A model generated the notes under the pieces. The model was not told where the DNA came from. It did no database searches and saw nothing but the letters and a program-made list of their open reading frames with translations. From contig QPMI01000701.1 of the NCBI GenBank assembly GCA_004431415.1, positions 1 through 64,000 of the forward strand: a stretch of DNA of 64,000 bases, read 5' to 3'. Origin of the DNA: Cyanophora paradoxa CCMP329 (Eukaryota > Plantae > Glaucophyta). This document shows positions 1 to 12,641 of this stretch, piece after piece. Numbering within the stretch: the stretch's first letter is position 1; the number at the start of each line of letters is the position of its first letter. The translations under genes were made by a program, and so were the position numbers.

Positions 1-954
1 CGCGGAGCTAGAAGCCGACCTTGAGAGTTGAAAAGTCCGCCCCGATCCCGCAAAGCGTAGCTTCAGAAAACTCTCGGAAGACTCTCAGCGCGAACATGTT
101 CTTCGGCCAGAAAGTGCGCCCCGCTCCCCTCCCTACTGCTCTCCGTTTCTGATTGCGCGCGCTCCGCGATGCGGCAGCCTCAAGTCGACAAGCCTGCGGT
201 TCGCCGATCCCGCCCCGCGCCCACACCGCTTCCCCGCGCCATGCCCGCCCGTGCCGCCGGCGACGCGCGAGGTCGCGAGCTAACGAAATAGAAGACGTGG
301 GACGTGTCGGAAGCTTAGCTCTGACGCCGGCACTGCCGTACGCAGGCGCGAAAGGACCTGCAGCAAAAGATTGCGATCATGGTTCTCTTCTGGGCTAGCT
401 TGCGCGTGGCGAAGCAGGTCATCGCTGCCGTGGAGCAATAAGCACCGCCGCCGCTGATGCCCCTCGCCTCCCGCCTCGACCCCCGAGGCCCTCGCCCTCT
501 GGCTCTTCCCCCTCTCGACGTTAGGGCCATGGACCCGTGCCCCACCCCGCCCCGCCCTCCCCCGCACGTGTCATGTCGGAGTCTCCGCTTCTGCCCCCGT
601 CCATCGACGTCCCTCTGCCCTCCGTCGTCGCCTGCCCTGTGGCTTTAGCGTCTGTAGAATGCGGACGCTGAAGCGGAGGTAAACGGTGGCCATGCCTGTT
701 GTTCATGTATGGAGGGTCTGGCGCCGGCCGCCGGGAACGTGCATGCGCATGCGCGCGTGCAGCTGCATGGAGTCAGCGGGACGTGTGGTCAAGCTCATGA
801 CACGAGCGGGGCTTCAGAGCGACAGCCTTAATTCAAGCTTCAAATTATGTACTTGAAACTGCTTCCAATACCACTCAGAATCTGCCAGCGAAAATGAAAA
901 ATAGACAGGTGGCCTACCCCTCTGAGCCTGCTATCTGCATGACACTATCGAGTA

Positions 955-2382
955 CTATTCGGAGGAGGCAGTCGAGAGGGCGCGGCGGCCGCGGGCGGGG
1001 CGGCGGGTGCGGATGCGGGGCCGGCGGGGCTCGTCGACGGGCAGGGAGGAGAGGGCCTCGGCCGAGGGCCCCAGGGCGACGACCTCGGCGTCCGAGGGGG
1101 GCCGCAGGAGGGCGGGGTTGACCTGCCGCCGCCGCCGCACGGCGCGCGGCGCCCGCGGGCTCGCCACGTCCTCCTCGCTCTCGCTCGAGCTCCAGCCGTC
1201 CAGCGGGTCCGACTCGAGGGCCAGCACCTCGGCGCGTAGGCGCGAGGCCGCCCCGCTGTTCACCCGGCCCATCCGCTTCGAGGAGCGCGCCAGGCACGCG
1301 ATCGTCGACGACCACGCCCCGTGCGAGAGCGACGGCTCCGGCACAAGGGGCGCGGCCAGGGGCGCGCCGAGGGGCGCCGCCGAGGCCCGGGGCGACGGGA
1401 GGGGAGGAGGGAGGGGGATCGCGTCGACGTCCGAGGGGGCAGGGGTGCGGAGGGTGCGGGGGCGCCCCACGGGGCGGGAGGGGCCGGAGCGGGAGGGCGC
1501 GGAAGAGGCGCGGGTGCGGGGAGATCCGGACGGCTCGGGCCTTCGGGGCTTCCGGGCAGTGCGCCGGCCGACGCCGCCATCCGACTCGTCGTCAAAGCGC
1601 TCGGCCGGCTCTGCTTTCCGCTCGCTCCGCTCGAAAGAGAAGCCGAGGCTCATCAGCTTCTTGCTCCTCGTCTCGCTCAGGATGCCCTGCACGCGATCGA
1701 TCAGGCGCCGCCGGTGGCCGGACCAGCCGCGCGAGCGCACCTTCGTGTAATCCGTGCGCTGCTTCTTCACCCAGGCCCCAAGGTCCGGGTCCTGTTGCCA
1801 GCGCCTGGGCACGTCGAAGTGCCCGTGCTCGGCGTTGAACGCCGCCTGCGAGAGCGCACGTTCAGGGAAAAAGAGGCATAAAAGAGGCTACGGGAGAGCA
1901 CACCAGCTTCTGCAGCATTTCCTCCCACTTCTGCGTCCGAGGGCCCGGCCGGGAAGCCAGGCGCGCCTTCCTGTCCTTCTCCTCCTCCGCCTTGCGGATG
2001 TCGCGCTTCTTGGGGTTCTTCTTCCCGATGCCGAGGTCATCGTGGTCCTCCTCAAAGTCGAACTCTTCGATATCAGGCAGGTTTAGGTCGCGCAGCTCCT
2101 CGGGCTCCGCAATGCCCTGCCGCATGATCTCGCGCTTGATCTGCATCAGGTACAGCAGCTCGCCCTTCGACATGTTCGAGCTGCTTCCACCGCTGCTGCT
2201 TTGCATGCGCACGTCAACTCGAGACGGCCCGCCGATCTCCAGCGTGGAGCTGCTGCTCCGCTGCGCTGGTGTTGCCCTTGTGGATGAAGACAGAACGCGG
2301 CCAAGGACGGGTGCGCGGAACGAGATCCGAAGCGGCTGGCGTGAAGAAGATGCTTCAGAGCTCGAAGGGAATGACTGCGCGG
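955..2382 (-). CDS. Helicase-associated (HA) domain protein, spliced; 5' end uncertain
   Basis: Exons join as QKWEEMLQKL|AAFNAEHGHFDVPRRWQQDPDLGAWVKKQRTDYTK|GILSETRSKKLMSLGFSF, which matches the HA-domain consensus. Two GT-AG introns near 1846-1903 and 1688-1740. Ser-rich N-terminus. Confidence 0.7.
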
Positions 2383-3175
2383 CCTGCGGGATGAAGAAAG
2401 TCAGCACGCGGACTAATCAAATCTGATTTGCGAGAAACATGCGCAAGAAGGCGGGGACACGCGCGATTTTAGATCAAGAAAGAATGTAGACAGCTTTCAT
2501 CCGAAGGGCCCATTGAAGAGAACCCATCGGAATCAGTCGCAGTCACGAAGCGAACTTCTATGATCTCCCGGGCCGCTTGAGAGGGAACGCATTGAGGGCG
2601 TCCGCTCCTCTAAAGGCGCCGGGAACAAAAGCAAACACGTCCTACAGCGCGGGGCGCTAAGGTCACGCGTACCACAAGATATCTTGGCCTCCTGATCGTG
2701 CTGTTCCCCGGCTCGCCACGGCGCACGTCTGGCAGGGAACTTCAGTCATCCCAATGGCATCACGGCAATACGAGATTTCGGCATGCGCACCGCTGCTGGC
2801 CCGGACGGCGCCGAGGGGCGTCGACGCTAAGGCGCGTGGTAGGGGGACTGGCGACAGGAACGCAGTTGTCGTCGTTCCTGTCATTCTTGAAGACGCCTTT
2901 TCCAAGCAGCCGCAGCGTCAGGGAGATCGCGGTATGTCGCTGGAAAGATCGCACCGTTTCACAAACCGCGTCCTGCAGGCAGCTGGATGTAGAAGTCGTT
3001 CGAGTGTGCAAAATGGTTGTGTCTGGACAGTCGCCGCGACGCCTGTGCCCGCCCGGCGGCCTCTCGCCGATCTGTCTGGCCGGGTACGGTGAACTGCACG
3101 ATTTTTGAGCGCCGACCGGGTACAGCGCTTCTTCGCCGCGGCCTCATCCGCCGTCCTTCTACGTACACGAAAACG

Positions 3176-3995
3176 ATGGACATGAGCTCTCTCGACGAAG
3201 GAGAGGCGCCGCAGGTGTTTGTGGAGCTCGCCAAGGCCTCCCAACGTGCGCCCCGCCTCTTCCGCGTCAGAATTGGCGCGCGCGCGTGCGCCGCGCCGGC
3301 GCTAGATGCAGCTGCAGCTTCAGTTCTGCTCGTTCGAAACAAGCGTCCGCACCGCAGTCGCATCGTCCCTTTTTTTGATGGCCCTGTCCCTTGGCGCGTA
3401 CCGCAGACGAGGACAAGGCGGAGCGGCACTTCCGCCGCGCAGCTCAATACCACGATGAGCAGATCCGCACTCGCGGACGCGATGCCGGCGCGCGCGCGCG
3501 CTCCCCGAGAGCGCGGAGAACCTTTAATTCCGGGATTTGATGCATACGCTCGCAGATGAGCTCCGTCGCCGCGCATCCAAGCACGAGGAAGAGGGTGCCA
3601 AGGAGGTATTCAAGCACGGTCGTTACAAGGCGGCCGCATGACCGCTTTCTCACGAGCCCTGCGCACGCGCAGCTTTCCAAGGCGCTTGAACACGCGCGGA
3701 CTGCCGGGGTGCGCGTTCCTCCTCTCATGCGCGTCTTCTCGCCAGATGTAACGCCCTCAGGTGATCGAGCAGGTGGGGGACGATATCGAAGCAATGGAGC
3801 TCTCCGGGCACGGCAGGCGGCTCGCAGCGGACGCGCACGAGCGGGCCGAGCGGGAGGAGATCGAGGTGGAGAGAACTCAGGCACTCGAGTGAGCGCGCTG
3901 CGCACGGGCGCGGCGGCCTCTGTTCTGCCCCCCATACCGTGCTGCTGCCGCCTTCTTCATTATTGTGTAGATACATAATCGTTTCAGCCTGGTGA
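3176..3995 (+). CDS. Hypothetical helical protein, multi-exon
   Basis: Short coding-like segments between splice signals (MDMSSLDEGEAPQVFVELAKAS, DEDKAERHFRRAAQYHDEQIR, VIEQVGDDIEAMELSG). No recognisable domain. Confidence 0.35.
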
Positions 3996-4032
3996 TCGAG
4001 ATCGCCCTGCCAAGCCCTGGGGCCGGGTGCGA

Positions 4033-5015
4033 CTACTTGCACCAGGCGAGGCTGGAGATGGTGGGGGAGCACTCGGCCTCTATCCTCGCCTGCCGCTCCG
4101 GCACCTCTTCAAAGTCAAACGCGAGCGCGCCATCGATGCCCCCTGCGCGCGCGCGGCCCCTGGCATGGGCGGCCGCCCCGACGCGCCCCGACGCGGCGGC
4201 GAGCCCGCGCACCGTCGAGGATCGGCAGGAGCTGAGTCTCCACGATCTCCTTGTGCTGTGGGGCCGGGGCTTGCTGGGGAGCGCGGGCGCGGGGAGGGCG
4301 TGCGGGGCGCGTGGCGGACCCGCGGATGCTCGAGGTACGCGTCGCGGTCCTGCGACAGCGCGGGGCAGCCACCGAGTCAGGCGGGCCAGCGGGCGGCCGC
4401 GGGAGTGGGATCCAAGACAGCGGCACTTTGGCGGTGTTGAACTCCATGACGAAGCCGTGCTGGAAGCCGCGGTTGAGGCCCTCGCTGCTGCTGTACGGCC
4501 TGCGCTCCCAGAGCGTCGCTCAGCGCGGCGCGAGGGGCCCAGCGGGGCGAGAACGCCGGGACGGCGGGTGGCCTCCGGGGTTGTGTGTCGAATGGCGCGC
4601 GGCGGCTTAGCATGCAGACGAACCCGTACGAAAACTTCTTGATGTACTGCTGGAGCTCGTCTCTGCGCCGCCGGGCAGCGGGCGTGAGCCGTGGCAGGTC
4701 GGTGCCGGGGACGCGGGGGTCGGTGCACGACATGCAGGAGAGGGTGACGAATAGGTCGTGTATTTGGCGCTCCGTGACCTGCCGGAATGCTTAGCTGCGT
4801 GGCCGGCGGGCTCGGGGCGCGCTTCACACCTCGGGCGCGAAGCGCAGCAGAACGATGTGCTGCGCGGCCAAGCGCAAACGGGTCAGCACGTCGCCGTTCA
4901 GTTCAGCAGTAGGCCAAGCGCGTCGCGGTCAGCACGCCGGCGTGCCATCACCGGCGTCGTGTAGATCTGCCGCAGCGCGCCCCGCTAGCCTTGGCGCGCC
5001 GCGCACCTTGATCAT
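4033..5015 (-). CDS. Dabb / stress-responsive A/B barrel protein
   Basis: Spliced as MIK|HIVLLRFAPE|VTERQIHDLF...|PYSSSEGLNRGFQHGFVMEFNTAK|DRDAYLEHP|HKEIV, which carries the typical Dabb motifs. Confidence 0.85.
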
Positions 5016-5189
5016 CGAGCAGACAGAATCCGCGCGTCAACGAGATGGAAATTCGAGTGATATGCCGCTCGGTCCGGGCCGGTGCTTCTCGCCGCCGCAC
5101 TTTTGATTTGTGGTACCCGCTGGTCGACGAACTTCAACCGCCGCAGCTGGCTGGAGGAGTCGAGGTGCAGGGTCCGGATCCGCTTGGCG

Positions 5190-6108
5190 ATGCTCGCAGG
5201 CCGTGCGGCGGTCTTCACATTCCTGGTGCGCTGCCCTCGCGTTTCCGGTGCGTTGAGCTCAGCTAACGCGCGCGTATCAAAGATCTGCTCGTTTCTGGCC
5301 GTAGGCGCTTCGTCGGCGTCCAACAGCTGTCTGAGGAACGTCGCGCGCGGCCGCGGGGAAGTCCTGCTCTCTGAACCGGCGGAAGGCTCGAACGCCGGGC
5401 ACGCGCTAGATGGCGAAATCGTCGCGTACGACACGCCCAGCGCTGCCGTCGCCCGCTCCGCTCGGACCTTGTGCGCAGCTGCAGATGCGCATGCTCATGG
5501 TCATTCCGCTCTGACGCCGGTGCAGGAATCCCCGGTGGATGGTGGACCTGAAACAGCTCTACGACATTGAGCTCGTTGAGATCTGGCTGGTGCGCCCGGG
5601 GTGCGAGGACCCGGCGGCGCCTGCGGGGGTGCGCTGCAGCGGCTCGGAGCGCCCTCCCGACGAGCCGCTCCACCTCGCGCTCCTCGGCATGGACGGTCCG
5701 CCGCGCGGCCCCGGCCCGCGGCCCCGGCGCCCCTGCGGCTGAGGCGGGGCGCCGGCGGCAGGGGAGAAGCAGACGGAAGCCTACTGGCGGGGCGGGGCGT
5801 ACGTGTGGGCGGCGGCGCTGGAGGGGCCGGTGGCGGCGCGCTTCGTGCAGGTGCAGGGGCCGGGCGCGGAGCGGGCCCTGGCGCTGGCCGAGGTCCGGGC
5901 CTTCGCGCGCGTCCCCGGCCCCTGCCCGGCTGAGCCCGGCCCCGTGCGTCCGTCCCCGCCCCTGCAGCGGCCCGCACGCGCCCGACGCCCCTTGCAGGCC
6001 CCTCTCCCCTCTTCGATCTTCCCCGCGTCGGCGCCGCCCGGGCCACGAAGACGGCCCGCATGCACAGACGCCCCGCTTTCAGCTCCCGCGGGCCGCCGCA
6101 AGGCGTGA
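5190..6108 (+). CDS. Secreted F-type lectin / F5-8 type C (discoidin-like) domain protein; 3' end uncertain
   Basis: Signal peptide MLAGRAAVFTFL|ICSFLAVGASSA, followed by NVARGR, AGHALDG, NPRWMVDLKQLYDIELVEIW, ARFVQVQ and LALAEVRAF. Confidence 0.7.
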
Positions 6109-6417
6109 GGACGCCACCTGCCGGCACTCTCCCCTCGGGCCCCGGGCCCGTCGCCAGCCCAGCGCCGGCGTTGCCGGCGCTCCGGCGCGTGGTCCGCGCG
6201 GCGAGCAGCAGCGGCGCCCGTGCTCTGATCACTGCGATCTGCCTGCACTCGAAATTCCTCAAGCATGTACATGTATCTCGGCGCCTCGGCCGCTTATCCT
6301 TACTCAACTCATTGACTAGCGCTACTGATTTAGGTGCCACGCATCGCACAATTCCTGCCTGCATCCATCCCTGCCTCGGGCCTCGGATCTCCGGGGGCCC
6401 GGGCGCGGGGCGGGGCG

Positions 6418-9295
6418 CTAGGAGGGGGCGCCGGGGCCGGGGCCGGGGCCGGGGCGGGGCCGTGGGGCGGTGGCGGCGATCGGCGAGCTCGCGGAGGCGG
6501 CGGGTGCCGCCGCTCGCGCCCTCGGCGCCGCTGCTGCTGCTGGAGCTGTAGGCGTAGCTGTAGTAGGACTGGGAGGACTCGGTGGGGTCGGCGTGGGGCT
6601 CGGCGAGGGCGACGCGGTCCAGGTCGGCCAGGGGGTCTCGGTCCAGGTCGGGGAGGGGCTGGGGGTCTCAGTGGGGGTCGGGGTGGCCCAGGTGTCGCCC
6701 CAGGTCGGGCTCGGGGTGGGCGAGGGCGAGGGCGTCTCCGTCGGCGTCGGCGTCGCCCACGCCTCCGTCCACGTCGGCGAGGGCGTCGGCGAGGGCGTCT
6801 CCGTGACGGCGTACGGCGTCGCCCCGGCCTCGGCCGCCGGCGTCGGCGTCGGGCCGATGATGACGACGACGGGGTGGCGGAGGGCCGGCCCCGGGGCCCG
6901 CGCCGCGGCGAGGAGCGAGGCGACGTCGCCCCAGCGGATGCCCCGCCCCGGCGCGTAGCTCGCCACCGTCCGGTTCGCCGGGAACGCGTTCACTGCCCCC
7001 GCCCCAGTGAGCGTGCCCGGGCGGCGCCGGCAGGGCTCGGGGGCGGGGGCCGGGGGGGCGGACGGCCGGCGGGGAAGAGCGGGGCCCAGATGAAGTCGGG
7101 GTGGTTCTCCTGTTCGGGGGAGGCGCTGAGGGGGAGCGCTGGGGGCGCGAGCGGGGGCCGGGGGTCGGACCTTGGAATCGCCGAGCCACTCGCCGCCGAT
7201 GATCTCGCCGCTGGCGGCGTCCACCTGGAGCACCATCTCCAGCCGCATCACCGCCACGAAGTTTTGCTGCCCGGCCCCCGTCACGCCCCCCGCGGGGGGG
7301 CACAGGGGCGGGGCCGGCACCACGAAGCGGACGTAGTCGGAGAGGGGCCGGTCCCACTGAGGCAGCAGGGGCACCTCGTAGACGTAGTAGAGGTCGAGGG
7401 CGATGCGGTGGAAGGTGTACGCCCCGGCGTCCGCCCCCGCATCCCCCTGGAACGTGTCCACCGTCGTCTGCGCGCGGGAGGCTCGAGGGAGCGGGCGCTC
7501 GAGGGCGGCGGGGCGGGGCGGGGCGGACGGTGCGGGGGGCGTTGACGAGCTGCACGGCCGCGCGCCGGCTCAGCAGCGTGTGCCGCGTCACGTTGTACCG
7601 GAACACCCTGCGCCCCCGCCCCCCACGCCCTCGAGCTCCGGGCGGGCACGGACCGGAGCGGGGCCGGGCGGGGGCGGCGCGCACGGGAAGTTCCAGACCT
7701 GCGCGGGGCGCGCCACGGTGAGCGGGGCGCCGGCGCAGGAGGCGGGCGGGGCGGCGGGGCGGACTTCGAGGTCGAAGACGGTGTCCATGACGAGGGCCTT
7801 GCGGCGCCTGCGGGGCAGGGGCGGCAGGTGAGGGGTGGGAGGGAGGTGGGCGGGGCGGGGCGCGCAGGCCGATGGTGTTGGCGACGGCGATGAAGAAGGT
7901 CCCCGCGTTCGTGTCGTTGCACGCCCGAGACGCCGGCCGCCCTGCCCGCCCCGCCCCTCAGCCCCCTCCCACGCCCCGCCCGCCGCCTGCCCCGCCGGGC
8001 GGGCGCGCCTATCGAGTCCACGGGGATGTCCTTCTTCGCGGTGTCGCAGCGACTGCGCGGCGCCGCCCGGTCAGCGGCCGGCCGGGCCGGGGGAGAGGGG
8101 CCGCCCGGCCCGAGCGGCTGGCGCGCGTCGAGAGGAAGCTGAGGTTGGGGTACGCCTGCGCGCGCGAGGGGCGGTCGGCGGGGCGGGAGGGGCCGGGGGG
8201 GCGGGCGGCGGGGCGCGCGATGTCGGCGAAGAAGACGGTCGCGAGGCCCTTGAGGTCGAAGGGCGTGAAATCGACCCCGTTCATCACCACGCGCCGCGAG
8301 GGCTCCGGGATCTGAGTGATTTGAACTGTTTGTAGTGATCGCAACAAAACTACAAAAGCTGAAGTGCACCAGGATCGAGGCCGCCGCCCAGCCATGGCAG
8401 ATACCCTCCCAGTTGTCGATGCAGACGCCGTCGGCGCAGGTCGCGTTGCGCGTCCCGTTCTCCGTGCACGGGTCCATGGCGCCCTTCGGGAGCGCGGTTG
8501 TGTTGAACGCGCAGCTCGTGCGGATCGAGCGGAGCGCGTTCCAGCCCCACAGCTGCGAGACTCGCTCCGCGAGCCGCTCCTCGTCGAGGCCGAACGCCCG
8601 CGCGTACTGCGCCGCCGTCACGTGCGGGCGGGAGACGTCGCGTGCCGCGCGGCGGGCCTTCTCGACGGCTGAGAGGCTCTCCGGGCCGTGCACTCTGTCG
8701 TTGATGGAGTCCAGGAAGGTCGGCCAGTACGGGCCCGGCCTTCGCGGGGCGCGCGAACGACGCGCGCTCGTCAGGGCCGCGCCGGGATATCACACGCCGA
8801 TCGCGTGCCGAGCGCGCCAGCGCGCTCGAGCACGAGCCGCGCACACTATGCAAGCGGCGTGCGAGACGGGCGCGTGCAGGCGTGCGCACCATGGGCTTAC
8901 ATCGGCGCGGCCGCTCATCGGGAGCTCCACGATCTGGTGGTTCATCGACGCCCGCGTGTACGTGCTGAAGCAAATCGCACGCTCAGCGATATCCCGATGT
9001 GCTGCGGCGGATCCAAGCAGCAAGCCGAAGTGCGCGAAGAAACCGGCGCGCCACGAGCGCGCCCCGCGAGAACGCACTTCAAGAGATCTGGATTATCAGC
9101 GATGGGGTCCCATGCCGTTAGCAGCCGCCAGCTTGCTTCGAGCCCGAGTCTGCCTGTACGTACTTCAGCCGCCGGGAAACAACGACGGGCAGAGGAGCCT
9201 TGCGCACGGGGTCCTGGCAGCCGGCCGAGCGCTCCTGCGAAACAACAACACAGGCACGCCAGCGCGAGAAGCGCCAGCAGCCTCGGCCGTCCCAT
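6418..9295 (-). CDS. Secreted transglutaminase-elicitor family (GP42-like) protein with Pro/Thr-rich tail
   Basis: Signal peptide [22 protein letters not shown]. Motifs [59 protein letters not shown]|[12 protein letters not shown] and HPDFIW. Tail of [12 protein letters not shown] repeats. Confidence 0.85.
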
Positions 9296-9412
9296 CGCTT
9301 TTTTTTTCTTTTCGCTGTGTAGACCCGTCGGTACCCTCACCAGACAAACCCCCCTCTGGCCCCGACCCGAACCAAGCGAACAGGCGTTCGTGGCGTCGCG
9401 AGTGATCGTACG

Positions 9413-12297
9413 ATGGGTGACGATTCCGACGACACCGTCTGCGCGCGGTGTCACGCTCGGCCTCAGCGGTGCGCTCCCCGTGGGGTGCCCGATGCGCTGG
9501 CGCACTGACCGTCGGCGTCGCCCGCTCCAGGCTGGCTCTCGAAGAGTGGCTGGAGTGCGATCTCTGCGAGCGCTCGCTGTGTCCCGGTTCGCCGAGCCGG
9601 CCGGGCGCGCCTAGGCTAGCGGCGGCTAATGAAGAACGTCATACTTCGTGCTCGCAGGCTGCCTGAACTCGTCGAAGACGCACAGCCCGCTGCCCGGCGA
9701 CAGGTCGGCGCCTCGGCTTCTTGTGAAGCGCCTCAGACCGTGTAGCTGCCCACACTCACGATCGGCCGCCGCGCGGCGCGCAGGTACTACAAGCTCAAGT
9801 GCGGCTTCTGCATGCGCGGCACTGATTCCTTCGACATCACGGCTCGCACTTGGTGCCGGCCGCGCGCCGTCCAGCCCCGGCGCCCTCGCGCTGACTGCCT
9901 TCAGGCTGCGCGCCGGCTCGATCGCGCTGTACTGCATGCTGCAGGGGCGCGTGAAGGTGCAGGCGTACACGCCCGAGGCCGTCGAGGACTTCGAGGCCCG
10001 CGTGCAGGGCCTGCTCAGCACCGCCCAGGCCCGCCCCGGCCCCGCCCCGGCCCCGCGCCCCGCCTCCCCTCACCGCCCCCGCGCCGCAGGGCTACATTGG
10101 CCTCGACCAGATCCGGTGCGCGCGCGCGACGCTCCGCGGCCGGTGCGGTTGCGGGGGCGGTGAGGGGTGCGGGGCGCAGGGACTTCATCAACACGCACGC
10201 GCGGCGCATCTGGGGCGAACACCTCCCCCTCGGTCCGCCCGTCCCGCCGTCGCGGCGCGCGGCCGGGCGGGCGGGGGCGCTGAGGGGCGGGGGGGGGGGC
10301 AGAGCGGCGGCGGCGGGACGCGCACCTGGAGAGGCTGCTGGGGAACCACCCGGAGGTCTTCGCGAGCGGGCGCGACGTGCTCCACGTCGACAACTTCTTC
10401 GGACTCACCCCCGCCGCCTTCGCCTACGCCGCCCGCCTCACCGACCTCGAGCCCCGCCCCGTCCGCCCCGCCCCGCCCCACAACGCCCCACGCCCCCTTG
10501 CCGACCGCCGTCGCGCAGGCGGGGGAGAAGGGGGCGGGGGGCGTGCGGGGGGCGGGGCGGGTGTCGCGGGGCAGCAGCGGGGGCGAGGGGAGCGGGAGCG
10601 GGAGCGCCAACTCGGAGGGCTCGGAGGAGGGCGAGGGCGGCGCGGCGCGCCCCGGCCGCCGCTCGAGCGTGCGGCCTGGCCTCCCCCGCGCCTCCGCGGC
10701 TGGCGGCCGCGCTGAGGTGGTGGGGGGCGGGGGGCAGCGGGTGTACGAGGTGGAGCGGGTGCTGGGGAAGCGCTTCGTGGCGGGGAGCGGGGAGGTCGAG
10801 TACAAGATCCGCTGGCGCGGCTTCAAGACCGCCACCTGGAACGGTCCGCTCCAGCGACGCTTGCGCACTCGCGCGAGCTCCCCTGACCCATCCCCCCGCG
10901 TCGCTCCCGCCGCCTCAGAGGCGGCCGGGTGCGACGGCTGCCCCGCCCGCATCGAGGAGTACGAGGCCGCCGTCGCCGCCGGCGAGCCCGGCATCCTCCG
11001 TCCGCCCTTTCCCCCCCGCTTCCCCGGCCCCGCGACCTTCCCCCCGAGCCTCGCCGCAGGGCCGTGCCTGTGGGACGCCGGCGCGAAGCGGCGCCTCTGC
11101 TACACGACGGTGCGTGTCGGCGGAGGCGGCGGGGGCCCGTTGCGGCGCGCCGCCTCCGAGTGACGCGGCGGGGGGCAGCTGGACGGCGAGCCCCTCGCGG
11201 AGGAGAAGCGGTCGCGGGGCGGGGCGCGGGCGCGGCGGCCGCGGGGCCCGCTCGGGACGGGGGCGCGGGCCGGGGCGGGGCGGGGGCGGGGGCGCGGGGC
11301 GGGGCGGCGTTCGGGGAGGGCGTTGACGAGGGGGAGGACTTCTCCGACACGGACGGCGAGCAGGCCGCCGCCGAGGACGACGAGGAGGACGGAGACGACG
11401 ACGATTTCGTGCCCCGCCGGCCCCGGCCCAGCAGCGCCCCGCCCGCCCCGACCCGGCCCCGGCCCCGGCCCCGCCGGCCCGGCCTCGCCGGCCGTCCCGG
11501 CGACGGCGCAGGCCCCGCCCGCTGCGCCCCGCCCCTGGCCGTCGCCGTCGCCGTCCGCGCGGCGCCGGCGACGTCCGCCCGGCCCGGCCCCGCCCCAGCC
11601 GGCCCCGGCCCGCCCCAGCCGGCCCCGCAGCCGCCGATCCCCGATCCCGCAGCCGCCGGCCGCCGCGCGCCCCGCCGGAGAGCAGGGGCCGGGGCGGGAG
11701 TCGGGAGGCGGGGGCGGGGGCCGGGGGCGGGGCCGGGGCGGGGGGCGGGGCGTCGCCCTCGGGGAGTCGGGGGCTCGGGAGCCCGCCGGCGGCCTCCCCG
11801 CGGGGCGAGGGCGCCGCGCCCTCCTCCCCGCCGCCCTCCTCGAGCTCCTGCACGCCTTCCCCGCCCCGCTCGCCGTCCCCCGGCCCGAGCAGCTCGCCGC
11901 CCACGCCTCCATCCACTGGCGCGAGGCCGCCCACGTGCCCGGCGCCAGCCCCGAGGAGAAGGTGCGCGGGGGCGAGCGCAGGGGGGCGGGGCCGCTGAGG
12001 GGCGGGGCCGGGGCAGGTGGGGGCGCTGCTGCGGGCCCTCCGCGAGGTCCACGAGCGGGCCACCTCGCTGACCATCATGGCCCGCCCCGCCCCGCCGCTC
12101 CCGCCGGCCCGACCCCCGGCTCACGGGCCCCCGCGCAGGCGCTCGGGAACGCGAAGGTCGCGCAGGGGGCCATGCGGGACGCCGAGCGCCTCCTCGACGC
12201 CGCCGCCGGCTGCGCGTGCGGCGCCCTCCGCGACGCCGCCGCCGCCGCCGCCCTCCACTGCGCCTCCTCCCCCCGCAAGCGCAAGCTCCCCTCCTAG
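9413..12297 (+). CDS. Chromatin protein: atypical PHD + winged helix (Polycomb-like/ASH2-type) + chromodomain
   Basis: WLECDLCE..GCL..LPGDR|YYKLKCGFC; SIALYCML; DFINTHARRIWG; HPEVFASGRDVLHVDNFFGL. Chromodomain YEVERVLGKR..VEYKIRWRGF..TW..CPARIEEYE. Confidence 0.7.
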
Positions 12298-12641
12298 CCG
12301 CCCCCAGCCCCCGCCGCTTCATCGGAGGCAGTGCGAGGGCGCGATCGGCTCGATTGTCGAAGCTTGTTGGCAGTTTCTTTCTTTCCTCTTCAAAAAAGCG
12401 AACATCGTGATCACTTGCCAGGGCCCAGAAGAGCTATCTAGCCTAGTAGTGCTAAGAAGAAAGTGGCGAACATCTCGTTTTCAGGCGTTCTGATTGAAAG
12501 CTACACACTAAACATGGTTGAAAAAGAGGCGGAACCTACTAGACTAGTGAATCTGGAGACTCTCGGAGTCTCGCGCCCTCCCCACGCCCCCTCCGCCGCT
12601 TCAAAGAAATGCATGTAGAGCGACGCCCTCGAGCTCCCCCC

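Noticed and set aside
8-706. Possible minus-strand gene at the window start
   Set aside because: Splice-like signals are present, but I could not build a consistent reading frame or find a domain.
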